Shown piece by piece: positions 7,843-15,676 of a DNA stretch of 28,870 nt (within the stretch, counting starts at the first letter, position 1; each line of letters starts with the position of its first letter). This DNA is from a virus (lineage: Duplodnaviria; Caudoviricetes): positions 1 to 28,870 of the IMG/VR virus record IMGVR_UViG_3300044724_007127; one strand, given 5' to 3'. The notes under the pieces were generated by a model that saw only the letters and a program-made list of their open reading frames with translations, searched no databases and was not told the DNA's origin. The position numbers were made by a program, and so were the translations under genes.

Positions 7843-8805
7843 ATGTCACTACTACAGGTAAGCAAAACGTACAAGCCATTTCTATACCCATGGGCAGTGG
7901 AGATGGTGAAGAAGCATGAGGAAATCCACTGGATAGAAGACGAAGCTGAATTATCAGAAGACGTCCAAGACTGGAAGACTAAGCTTACCGCCGAAGAGAA
8001 AGAATTCATTACTCAAGTGTTACGACTGTTCACACAATCTGATGTTCAGGTTGGTGAGAATTATCATGAGCTATTGATACCTAAATTTAAAAATAATGAA
8101 ATCCGTAATATGCTATCATCTTTTGCATCACGTGAAGGTGTACACCAGCGGGCGTACGCGCTTCTGAATGATACACTTGGTTTACCGGATGAAGAGTACC
8201 ATGCCTTCCTAGAGTATAAGGAAATGGCTGATAAGATAGAATTCATGTCAAAGGGTAACATCAGTAATCATACTGGTCTTGCATTAGCATTAGCACAATC
8301 AGTATTCAACGAAGGTATGTCACTCTTTGCCTCGTTTGTTATGTTGCTGAACTTCCAAAGGTTTGGTAAGATGAAAGGTATGGGCACGATCGTTGAATGG
8401 TCTATCCGTGACGAGACATTACACGTACAGGGTAACGCTAAACTATTCCGTGAGTTCTGTGAAGAGCATCCACGGATTGTTAATGATGAACTTAAATCAC
8501 AGATCTATGAAATGTCAAAGCAAGCAGTAAAGCTTGAGGACAAATTCGTAGAACTAGCATTTAAGAACAATGATGTTCAAGGTATTACTAAGGACGAGGT
8601 TAAGTCATATATTCGATATGTGGCAGATCGTAGACTTCTACAGCTTGGACTAAAGACTAAATTCAAACAAAAGGATAATCCATTACCTTGGCTTGATTGG
8701 GTATTAAATGGTGCATCTCACGATAATTTCTTTGAAAAGCGTGTCACAGAATATTCTGTTAATGGCATGGAAGGTGATTGGGGCTGGGAGGAACAAGCTG
8801 CATGA
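7843..8805 (+). CDS. nrdB: Ribonucleotide reductase class Ia beta subunit
   Basis: Start moved to ATG 7843 (GAGGA upstream). Motifs FTQSD, EGVHQRAY, EGMSLFASF, IRDETLH and NFFEKRVTEY. Confidence 0.95.
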   Translation: MSLLQVSKTYKPFLYPWAVEMVKKHEEIHWIEDEAELSEDVQDWKTKLTAEEKEFITQVLRLFTQSDVQVGENYHELLIPKFKNNEIRNMLSSFASREGVHQRAYALLNDTLGLPDEEYHAFLEYKEMADKIEFMSKGNISNHTGLALALAQSVFNEGMSLFASFVMLLNFQRFGKMKGMGTIVEWSIRDETLHVQGNAKLFREFCEEHPRIVNDELKSQIYEMSKQAVKLEDKFVELAFKNNDVQGITKDEVKSYIRYVADRRLLQLGLKTKFKQKDNPLPWLDWVLNGASHDNFFEKRVTEYSVNGMEGDWGWEEQAA

Positions 8806-8951
8806 CCAAATGCACCTATGTAATAGAATGTGATATGTGTGGTGAAGAAACTTATGTGATCGCAGAGGAGAGTGGCCTTCCAACTCTCTTCTGCCCACTG
8901 TGTGGAACTGAAGGCCCATCAGCACAAATAGATGGTGACGAAGAAGAATAA
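8802..8951 (+). CDS. 49-aa zinc-ribbon protein (below the ORF-track cutoff)
   Basis: Read manually: MTKCTYVIECDMCGEETYVIAEESGLPTLFCPLCGTEGPSAQIDGDEEE*. CxxC...CPxCG motif; ATGA overlap with the nrdB stop; GGAGG upstream. Confidence 0.75.
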   Translation: MTKCTYVIECDMCGEETYVIAEESGLPTLFCPLCGTEGPSAQIDGDEEE

Positions 8952-8982
8952 ATAAATCTTGTAATAATTATAGGATTTGTTT

Positions 8983-9405
8983 ATGTGGTACTTTGAAGAA
9001 AAAGAATATAACCCGACCGAAGAAGAGTTAAAATCTTGGGTCGGGTTTGTTTATATTATAACCGATAAGTCAACTGGTATGATGTATATCGGAAAGAAGT
9101 TATTCTGGTCAAGAAAGACTTTACCTCCTCTTAAAGGCAAGAAACAAAAACGTCGTAAGACTGTACCATCAGATTGGCAGACTTATTATGGCTCATCTGA
9201 TACTGTAAAACAACTACTATTCGAGCATGGTCCAGAAAACTTTTATAGAGAAATACTATATTTCTGTAAGTCAAAAGGTGAGATGGGGTACCTTGAAGCT
9301 AAAGAACAATTTGATAGAAATGTTTTACTTGATGACCGTTACTACAACGGTATTATAAACTGCCGAATACACAGGGCCCACGTACAATCTTTGAAAAAAA
9401 ATTAA
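8983..9405 (+). CDS. GIY-YIG family endonuclease
   Basis: GFVYIITDKSTGMMYIGKK motif, SDWQTYYGSS, conserved Glu (YLEAKEQF) and YYN; AGGA at 8972-8975 before ATG 8983. Confidence 0.8.
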   Translation: MWYFEEKEYNPTEEELKSWVGFVYIITDKSTGMMYIGKKLFWSRKTLPPLKGKKQKRRKTVPSDWQTYYGSSDTVKQLLFEHGPENFYREILYFCKSKGEMGYLEAKEQFDRNVLLDDRYYNGIINCRIHRAHVQSLKKN

Positions 9406-9464
9406 AAAAAGTGCAAAAAAAGTGCATTTAGGGGGTTTACAAATCAATTGAAAAGTATTATATT
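9394..9464 (+). promoter_or_regulatory. T4-early-type promoter with phased A-tract UP element
   Basis: A-tracts at 9394-9401, 9404-9410 and 9415-9421; TTTACA 9436-9441; 17-nt spacer; TATATT 9459-9464. Confidence 0.75.
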
Positions 9465-9491
9465 AGTAGTATGATAAAAAAGGAACTACTA

Positions 9492-9899
9492 ATGAAGAAA
9501 TATAAGCTATATCAAATCCGCCTTACCGATCAAGAGGCTGATATGGTTAACGATCTAGGTCATGGCTCAGTGCCTAAGCAAGTAGCTAAGCTTGACATGC
9601 AATTTGCTGAAAATAAGCATGAGCTTGCAACAGAAGCTTTCGATGCTGGTTACTACACGCATGTAGCTAATATTGAAGCTGCAAATCTAGATAATGCTTT
9701 CTTCATCGGCAACCACTGTCAAGAAGCTGGGATTGAACGCTTAGATATGATGGCTTCACCATCAGTAGGTGATATTTTCGTTGATCAGAATGACCGCTTC
9801 TATGTCATCGATCAGTTTGGCTTCACTTTAATGCCACAACCTTCAAATTTACCTACTTCAATAAAAGTTCCTACTTCACTCGCAGAGGCAAGATCATGA
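9492..9899 (+). CDS. YodL-like domain protein
   Basis: YKLYQI...Y.HVA.I...LDNAF..GN...MASPSVGDIFV pattern resembles the YodL SxSVxD motif; AAGGA before ATG 9492. Confidence 0.5.
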   Translation: MKKYKLYQIRLTDQEADMVNDLGHGSVPKQVAKLDMQFAENKHELATEAFDAGYYTHVANIEAANLDNAFFIGNHCQEAGIERLDMMASPSVGDIFVDQNDRFYVIDQFGFTLMPQPSNLPTSIKVPTSLAEARS

Positions 9900-10432
9900 C
9901 AGTATATCTTGATATGGATGGTGTTCTAGCTGACTTTTTTAGTGGGCTAGAAAAAAGGTTTGATACTGCCCATTGGAAAAATCTGATTAATATAGAGAGA
10001 TATCTAGATACTCTAAAAAACACAGATTTCTTCTATACGCTCGAACCATTTAGACAAGAGAAAAACGGCGAACGAGTTAGCACCTCTTATAAGCTCGTTA
10101 AGTTCGTTAATAATCTGACAGATGGAGATTGGGGCATATGCTCGTCTCCGCTTCGAGGAGATCATTATAATTCTGCTTATTGGAAACGCAGATGGCTTGA
10201 GAAATATCAATGGGAACCACCGATATCTGAAAATATGATCTTCACTGCTAATAAGCACAAATATGCAGTATCTGCTATCACTGGAACGCCTAACATCTTA
10301 ATTGACGATAAACCTAGTAACGTTGATAGATGGAATCAAGCTGGTGGTATCGGTATCAGATATCAAGCAAACGAAGATGATTTATATGAATATCTCTTTC
10401 CATTGCTAGAGGAGAAGTATAATGGACGCTGA
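9896..10432 (+). CDS. HAD-superfamily 5'(3')-deoxyribonucleotidase (NT5C-like)
   Basis: Motif I VYLDMDGVLADF, ICSSP, a conserved Lys and motif IV ILIDDKPSN. Confidence 0.85.
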   Translation: MTVYLDMDGVLADFFSGLEKRFDTAHWKNLINIERYLDTLKNTDFFYTLEPFRQEKNGERVSTSYKLVKFVNNLTDGDWGICSSPLRGDHYNSAYWKRRWLEKYQWEPPISENMIFTANKHKYAVSAITGTPNILIDDKPSNVDRWNQAGGIGIRYQANEDDLYEYLFPLLEEKYNGR

Positions 10433-10694
10433 TTTTGTAAATTCTTTGCAAGGGCTTTCTTTTGATTCTTGTAAATCAGCTGCTATTGCAGAAATAGCTA
10501 ACTATTTTCAACAAGTAGCCGAATCTAAGCAAAACACTGTTCGACAGAAAGCTAGATATAATAGGCTAGTATATGATGTTGAGTCTGCTCGTAGCAAAGA
10601 CGAGGTTATTCGTATTTGTTATCAGTTAGTTCTTGCATCTGAAGGCCTTTTAACTCAAGGCTCTAAATGGAATAAATTTTATACAGAGATGTGA
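10422..10694 (+). CDS. Hypothetical protein
   Basis: 90 aa with strong SD AGAGGAG, overlapping the upstream gene end. Confidence 0.65.
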   Translation: MDADFVNSLQGLSFDSCKSAAIAEIANYFQQVAESKQNTVRQKARYNRLVYDVESARSKDEVIRICYQLVLASEGLLTQGSKWNKFYTEM

Positions 10695-10723
10695 TTTACA
10701 ATGCGCTTCGTACATGATAAAAT
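10695..10723 (+). promoter_or_regulatory. Internal sigma70-type promoter with extended -10
   Basis: TTTACA 10695-10700, 17-nt spacer, TG-A-TAAAAT (10715-10723). Confidence 0.55.
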
Positions 10724-10883
10724 ATCTCATAAGTATATTGTCTCTACAAATGGACTTGGATATACAGTGCGTCAATGGCAAGGTGGACCTGGTCAGAAAC
10801 TAGAGATGAGTAATTACCAATTTAAAAACTTTTTAGAAACACTTAAAAGGAATGGATGGTATGAGCAATCAGCGAAGAGGTAG
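10701..10883 (+). CDS. Small hypothetical protein
   Basis: 60-aa ORF filling the gap between co-directional genes; weak SD. Confidence 0.45.
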   Translation: MRFVHDKISHKYIVSTNGLGYTVRQWQGGPGQKLEMSNYQFKNFLETLKRNGWYEQSAKR

Positions 10884-11076
10884 TCGTCACAGTGCAGCTA
10901 TGAACGACAACGGTCATGAGCTGCGGAAGGTGATTAACTTCATGGAGCAAGCTGCAGAGGATTTAGAAAAGATGGGATATGAAGATCCTGCTTTCTATTT
11001 TCAACAAGTAGCCGATTGGTGCAGAGAAAATCCTCAAGGCTTAAATGCTAAACCCTCATTGGTGTTAGGTCTATGA
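10861..11076 (+). CDS. Hypothetical protein
   Basis: [11 protein letters not shown]... (ATG 10861; 10852 is an alternative start). Its stop overlaps the gcvH ATG (ATGA). Confidence 0.6.
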   Translation: MSNQRRGSRHSAAMNDNGHELRKVINFMEQAAEDLEKMGYEDPAFYFQQVADWCRENPQGLNAKPSLVLGL

Positions 11077-11444
11077 CAAAGCTTTATACTAAAGAACATG
11101 AATGGTTACAGCCTGAAGGTGACGACGTTTTCGTAGTTGGTATTACTCAATATGCTGTTGAGGCATTAGGTGATATCATATTCGTTGAAACGCCACTCGT
11201 TGGAACGTCTGGCGAGAAAGATGAAGACTGCGCAGTAGTAGAATCAGTGAAAGCTGCATCAGATGTGTATTGGCCGATCAGCGGTGAGATCGTTGATTTT
11301 AATCAAGCTATCCTTGATGATCCATCATTGGTGAATGCAGATCCAGAAGGCGAAGGTTGGTTTTATAAAATGAAAGCTACTGATATGAGTCAGCTAGAAG
11401 AATTAATGTCTGCTGATGAATATCAAGCTATGCTTAAAGAATAA
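11073..11444 (+). CDS. gcvH: Glycine cleavage system H protein (lipoyl carrier)
   Basis: [25 protein letters not shown], lipoyl-Lys motif [18 protein letters not shown] (K60), [10 protein letters not shown]. Confidence 0.93.
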   Translation: MTKLYTKEHEWLQPEGDDVFVVGITQYAVEALGDIIFVETPLVGTSGEKDEDCAVVESVKAASDVYWPISGEIVDFNQAILDDPSLVNADPEGEGWFYKMKATDMSQLEELMSADEYQAMLKE

Positions 11445-11449
11445 ATTGA

Positions 11450-11938
11450 ATGATTTTAGATCTCTCGAATATACCTCAGCTTATCAAAGACAATAAAAGA
11501 CATTTCTACGGCAATGTTGGAATAGTCAATGGTAATATAGAGGATATATTCGAGTGGATCGATCTTGTAAAACAAGGCGATGTTACTGCTAGACCTAATC
11601 TAAGAATGTATGAATTTCATAGATTAGAAGATTATGACTTTACATATTCATTTTTAAAATTACTTAAATACGAATTAGATAAAATTCCAGAAATGGGGCC
11701 AAGTCAAATCGTTGGATTTTTAGCTGATGGTGATGGCATAAGAGGCTATGGCTGGCACGATGATGCTATGCATTTAGTTGCATTTAATTTAATTGGTAAT
11801 ACTATATGGGATTTCGGAGATGGAGACACACAAGCGATGGCTCCAGGTGATATGATGTTTGTACCAAGAGGATTATATCACGAAGTTAAAGGCGATGGTG
11901 CTAGATTTTCAGTTAGCATATGTAGCCCTGCAAATTAA
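11450..11938 (+). CDS. JmjC/cupin-fold 2OG-Fe(II) oxygenase-like protein
   Basis: HxD...H triad in GWHDD...GDMMFVPRGLYHEV, followed by RFSVS. Confidence 0.7.
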   Translation: MILDLSNIPQLIKDNKRHFYGNVGIVNGNIEDIFEWIDLVKQGDVTARPNLRMYEFHRLEDYDFTYSFLKLLKYELDKIPEMGPSQIVGFLADGDGIRGYGWHDDAMHLVAFNLIGNTIWDFGDGDTQAMAPGDMMFVPRGLYHEVKGDGARFSVSICSPAN

Positions 11939-11996
11939 AAAAATTCAAAAAAAATGTATTTAAGGGGTTTACAAATCAATTGTAAAATGGTATTAT
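11937..11996 (+). promoter_or_regulatory. T4-early-type promoter with phased A-tracts and extended -10
   Basis: A-tracts at 11937-11943 and 11947-11954; TTTACA 11968-11973; 17-nt spacer; TGG-TATTAT 11988-11996. Shares 19 identical nt with the promoter at 9432-9450. Confidence 0.8.
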
Positions 11997-12025
11997 AATC
12001 CTACAATCAACGAAGGAAATATATT

Positions 12026-12982
12026 ATGGCACATGAAGTCGAAACGATGGCTTATGCTGGTGAACTGCCATGGCACGGCCTTGGTACTGAAGTTAGCAAT
12101 GATCTTACCCCTGCGCAAATGATGCAAAAAGCTGGAGTAGACTGGAAGGTTAAAGAGCTTGAGTCATTTGTAGAGTTTAATGGTGAGCGTATGCTTACTG
12201 GTCAGAAATCACTCGTACGTGAGACCGATGGCAAGATCCTTACTAATGTCGGTGAAAATTGGCATCCTGTGCAAAACGAACAAGCATTTGATTTCTTCAA
12301 CGATTATGTTATGGCTGGTGATATGGAAATGCATACCGCTGGTTCATTACGTGGTGGCCAATATGTATGGGCACTAGCTAAAGTTAAAGAATCGTTTGAT
12401 CTCTTCGATGGTGATCAAGTAGATTCGTATATGCTGTTCTCTAATCCTCATGTGTATGGCAAAACTATTGACGTTCGGTTTACACCAATACGCGTAGTTT
12501 GCAATAACACTTTAACGTTTGCTCTTGGTTCTCAAGCAGCACGTACTGTTAAAGTTGGCCATCGCACTGCGTTTGATGCTGAGTCAGTTAAAACTACGCT
12601 CGGTATTGCTAGCGAGAAATTTGCCAAATATAAAGAAATGGCACAGTTCCTCGGTGAAAAGCGTTATTCGATCGATGGCTTAATCCAATATTATAATGAG
12701 GTATTTCCTAACACCTCTAGAACTAATATAAATAATAATGTGAAAAGTCTCGAAGATCTTTCTCGTAACGCATTACTTTGCCACGATGTGTTAGAGTCAC
12801 AACCTGGCGCAGAATTTGCCGAAGGAACTTGGTGGCAAGCATTTAACAGCGTAACTTATGTTACCGATCATATACAAGGTCGTAATGCTGATAATCGTCT
12901 GCATAGTCAATGGTTTGGTCAAAACCAACTTCGCAAAATCAAAGCCGCCGAAAAGGCCGTGGAATTTGCCATGGCCTCATAG
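12026..12982 (+). CDS. DUF932 (phage/plasmid TIGR03299-like) protein
   Basis: MAHEVETMAY.GELPWHGLG, PVQNEQAFDFF, TAGSLRGG..VWALAK, FTPIRVVCNNTL, GTWWQAFNSVT..TDH; SD AAGGA. Confidence 0.85.
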   Translation: MAHEVETMAYAGELPWHGLGTEVSNDLTPAQMMQKAGVDWKVKELESFVEFNGERMLTGQKSLVRETDGKILTNVGENWHPVQNEQAFDFFNDYVMAGDMEMHTAGSLRGGQYVWALAKVKESFDLFDGDQVDSYMLFSNPHVYGKTIDVRFTPIRVVCNNTLTFALGSQAARTVKVGHRTAFDAESVKTTLGIASEKFAKYKEMAQFLGEKRYSIDGLIQYYNEVFPNTSRTNINNNVKSLEDLSRNALLCHDVLESQPGAEFAEGTWWQAFNSVTYVTDHIQGRNADNRLHSQWFGQNQLRKIKAAEKAVEFAMAS

Positions 12983-12991
12983 GAGGTAATA

Positions 12992-13276
12992 ATGGATATA
13001 CTAGGTCCTTTTTTTGTTATAGTCATGTTAGCATCTCCGGCTCAACCAGAGTCAATTTTATATTGGACAGAGTCTGAGACACAACATGACACACTAGAAG
13101 AATGTCAAGAGCATGGTGAATATTACAAAATTCCCATAGCAATTTCTGCAATATTAGACTGGAAAGCAGATCTTCCAGAAGATGCAGATGTAATCCCTAT
13201 TGGGTGGAGATGTACCACACAAAAAGAAATTGACGAAGATCCTGATATGAAAAATAACAAAGGTATAGCTATCTAG
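12992..13276 (+). CDS. Hypothetical exported or membrane protein
   Basis: Strong SD AGGAGGT; hydrophobic N-terminus; two Cys. Confidence 0.6.
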   Translation: MDILGPFFVIVMLASPAQPESILYWTESETQHDTLEECQEHGEYYKIPIAISAILDWKADLPEDADVIPIGWRCTTQKEIDEDPDMKNNKGIAI

Positions 13277-13305
13277 TTTACATTTGATTTAATTTGTGGT
13301 AAGAT
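13276..13305 (+). promoter_or_regulatory. T4-early-type promoter
   Basis: GTTTACA (TTTACA 13277-13282), 17-nt spacer, TGG-TAAGAT 13297-13305. Confidence 0.7.
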
Positions 13306-13329
13306 TATAGGATCAAATAGGAGATATAC

Positions 13330-14469
13330 ATGGCTAGATCCGCAAATCTGCTTAAACGTAAACCTAAGAAAAAATCAGCAACTATTTCAAGTCGACGCCG
13401 GTTTGGTATTGCTGGTGCACCTGATACTGATAATTGGCATCAGTGGGAAGCTTATTTCCGTTTAGAAGTAGAACGTAAAGATCTTGCTGGTGTCGTTCGT
13501 AATTATATTCGCACTAATTATAAGGACGAGTCTAAGCTATTATTAGGTGCGCCTGAATATATGTACTATATGTTTGCACATATTCCGGCTGGTATCCTTT
13601 GGGCAGAACGTAATAAACCGTTTCCTGTCAAATATAACTACGAACGATCTATCACTAATTATATTGATAAACTTCGCGAAGAGTCTCTCAAAAAGAAGGC
13701 TCAAGCAGAAGATGACGATAACAAGAAAACTGTAGTTTCGCCTACTGAGCTTACGCAACGTAAGACTAATGGTTTTCTTGCAGAAGTCGACGCAGCGATA
13801 GATAACTATCCTGAAGAATATTCGTTATATAATGAGTTGACTAGAATTACAGCAGCACATGTTACTGCTAAACAGACATATGAGATGTTAGTACCAATAC
13901 GTGACGAGGTTCAAGAACTAGTTAATCTTCCGAAGTCTCGTAAAAATCCTGATCAGCAACAGCTTGATGAGGGCTATTCACATCTAAAGCCAAAAGAGCG
14001 TAAAGCATATCTTGCATTTCTAAATGAAATGGTTAGCGATGCTGAACGTTATATGCAGAAGAAAAAAGCCTTACGTGTATCAAAGCCTAAGGTTAGATCT
14101 GCAGAGAAGCAAGTTGCAAAGGTTAGCTATCTCAAAGAGTCAGCTGAATATAAAGTTTCGTCTATCAATCCGATGATGATCGTAGGAGCTAAACGCTTGT
14201 TTACTTTCAATACTCGATATAGACAGCTTAGTGAATATGTCACTAATTCTGGCATGGGGTTTGAAGTTAGCGGCACTACTATTAAGAACATAGACATTGA
14301 GAATTCCTCTACCGTTATCGTCCGAAAGCCACTCGATCTTTTACCTATCGTCCTAGGTAAATCGCTTCGAGACGTACATAAGGCTATGGGTGAAATTAAA
14401 ACTAAACGTACGGAGGCAACTGGACGAATCAATAAGGACACAATTATATTAAGGATTATGGATAAATGA
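13330..14469 (+). CDS. Conserved basic T4-like phage protein of unknown function upstream of gp33
   Basis: 379 aa with SD AGGAG. QQLDEGY, SINP..IVGA..LFTFNTRYR, GFEVSGTTI and GRINKDTIIL patterns. Confidence 0.7.
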   Translation: MARSANLLKRKPKKKSATISSRRRFGIAGAPDTDNWHQWEAYFRLEVERKDLAGVVRNYIRTNYKDESKLLLGAPEYMYYMFAHIPAGILWAERNKPFPVKYNYERSITNYIDKLREESLKKKAQAEDDDNKKTVVSPTELTQRKTNGFLAEVDAAIDNYPEEYSLYNELTRITAAHVTAKQTYEMLVPIRDEVQELVNLPKSRKNPDQQQLDEGYSHLKPKERKAYLAFLNEMVSDAERYMQKKKALRVSKPKVRSAEKQVAKVSYLKESAEYKVSSINPMMIVGAKRLFTFNTRYRQLSEYVTNSGMGFEVSGTTIKNIDIENSSTVIVRKPLDLLPIVLGKSLRDVHKAMGEIKTKRTEATGRINKDTIILRIMDK

Positions 14470-14693
14470 ACGAAGTTTTTCTCACTAAGTCATCATTTGC
14501 TAAGATGGTAGAAAAATATGCTAGAGACAAACAGACAAGCTACATGGATGCAGTGGTTGACCTTTGTGAGGAATTAAACATTGATCCAGAAGATATTGGA
14601 CGTTATATATCCAATGTCATTAAAGAAAAGATTGAGGGTGAAGCTATGAAATTAAATTTACTCCCTCGTCAGAATATGCTCGAATTTGAATGA
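14466..14693 (+). CDS. gp33: Late transcription coactivator gp33
   Basis: F..MVE...SYMDAVVDLCEELNIDPEDIGRYIS..IKEKIEGEA..LNLL; position next to gene 32. Confidence 0.85.
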   Translation: MNEVFLTKSSFAKMVEKYARDKQTSYMDAVVDLCEELNIDPEDIGRYISNVIKEKIEGEAMKLNLLPRQNMLEFE

Positions 14694-14694
14694 G

Positions 14695-14729
14695 CATAAA
14701 TATATTAAGGGTATCAATTGCCCTTAATA
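14695..14729 (+). promoter_or_regulatory. Late-promoter-like box plus hairpin in the gene 32 leader
   Basis: CATAAATA 14695-14702; stem TATTAAGGG (14703-14711) / CCCTTAATA (14721-14729). Confidence 0.5.
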
Positions 14730-14773
14730 CATGGTAAAATACTATTTTATACAACGCAATATAAGGAAATAAA

Positions 14774-15676
14774 ATGTCATTCGAAAATCTAAAACGCAAC
14801 CGCGATCAAATCTCCAAACTTATACAAGCAGTCGAGTCTACCGAAGGTGGTGGTGAACAGAAGTCATCATATCAAGACGATCGTCTGTGGAAACCAGCAC
14901 TAGACAAAGCAGGCAATGGCTATGCTGAAGTTCGATTCCTTCCTGCAGCTGAAGGTCAAGATCTTCCATGGGTTCGGTATTGGGATCATGGATTTAAAGG
15001 ACCAAGCGGTCAATGGTATATTGAAAAGTCATTGACATCTATCGGCCAAACAGATCCGGTTGGTGAATTAAATTCTAAGCTATGGAATATGTCAGACAAT
15101 GATAATTCGCCTACGCGCGAACAAGCACGCTATCAAAAGCGTCGTCTACATTATGTGTCTAATGTTCTCGTTATCTCTGATCCATCTAAGCCAGAAAACA
15201 ACGGCAAAGTCTTTATGTACCAATATGGTAAAAAGATCTTTGATAAGATCATGGATATGATGCAACCTCAGTTCCAAGACGAATCACCTGTTAATCCATT
15301 TGATTTTTGGGAAGGTGCTAATTTCAAGATCAAAATCCGTAAGGTCGATGGTTGGGTAAACTATGATAAGTCTGAGTTTTCTAGCCCATCTGTACTTGGT
15401 GACGACGCTGAATTAGAAAAAATCTATGATCAACTCCATCCTATCGAAGAGTTTGTAGATCCTAAGATGTACAAATCTTACGATGAATTAAAGCAAAAGC
15501 TTGATCGTGTATTAGGTAACGAACAGCCAATGACAGTGCGTGAGCAGATTTCGTTGGGTGAAGAAACACCAACACCAGAGCCTATGCGTCCAGTAACAGC
15601 AGAGCAGATCTCTTCTAACGATGACGAAGAAGAAGATACGCTAAGCTATTTCGCTAAGATCGCTAACGGCGATTAA
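14774..15676 (+). CDS. gp32: Single-stranded DNA-binding protein gp32
   Basis: DDRLWKPALDKAGNGYAEVRFLP, HGFKG...WYIE, YGKKIFDKI, NPFDFWEGANF, NYDKSEF and an acidic tail. Confidence 0.95.
   Translation: MSFENLKRNRDQISKLIQAVESTEGGGEQKSSYQDDRLWKPALDKAGNGYAEVRFLPAAEGQDLPWVRYWDHGFKGPSGQWYIEKSLTSIGQTDPVGELNSKLWNMSDNDNSPTREQARYQKRRLHYVSNVLVISDPSKPENNGKVFMYQYGKKIFDKIMDMMQPQFQDESPVNPFDFWEGANFKIKIRKVDGWVNYDKSEFSSPSVLGDDAELEKIYDQLHPIEEFVDPKMYKSYDELKQKLDRVLGNEQPMTVREQISLGEETPTPEPMRPVTAEQISSNDDEEEDTLSYFAKIANGD

Noticed and set aside
5783-8805. Intron or intein in nrdA or nrdB
   Set aside because: Both frames are continuous and of normal length apart from the Grx domain; no intein splice motifs were seen.
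12727-12734. TATAAATA inside DUF932, and another at 19869-19876 antisense within gp4
   Set aside because: Both are mid-gene in AT-rich sequence and explained by the codons, with no suitably placed downstream start.
14703-14736. H-type pseudoknot in the gene 32 leader (loop TATCA pairing with TGGTA)
   Set aside because: Only 2 nt would have to span a 9-bp stem, which is sterically implausible; reported as a hairpin only.
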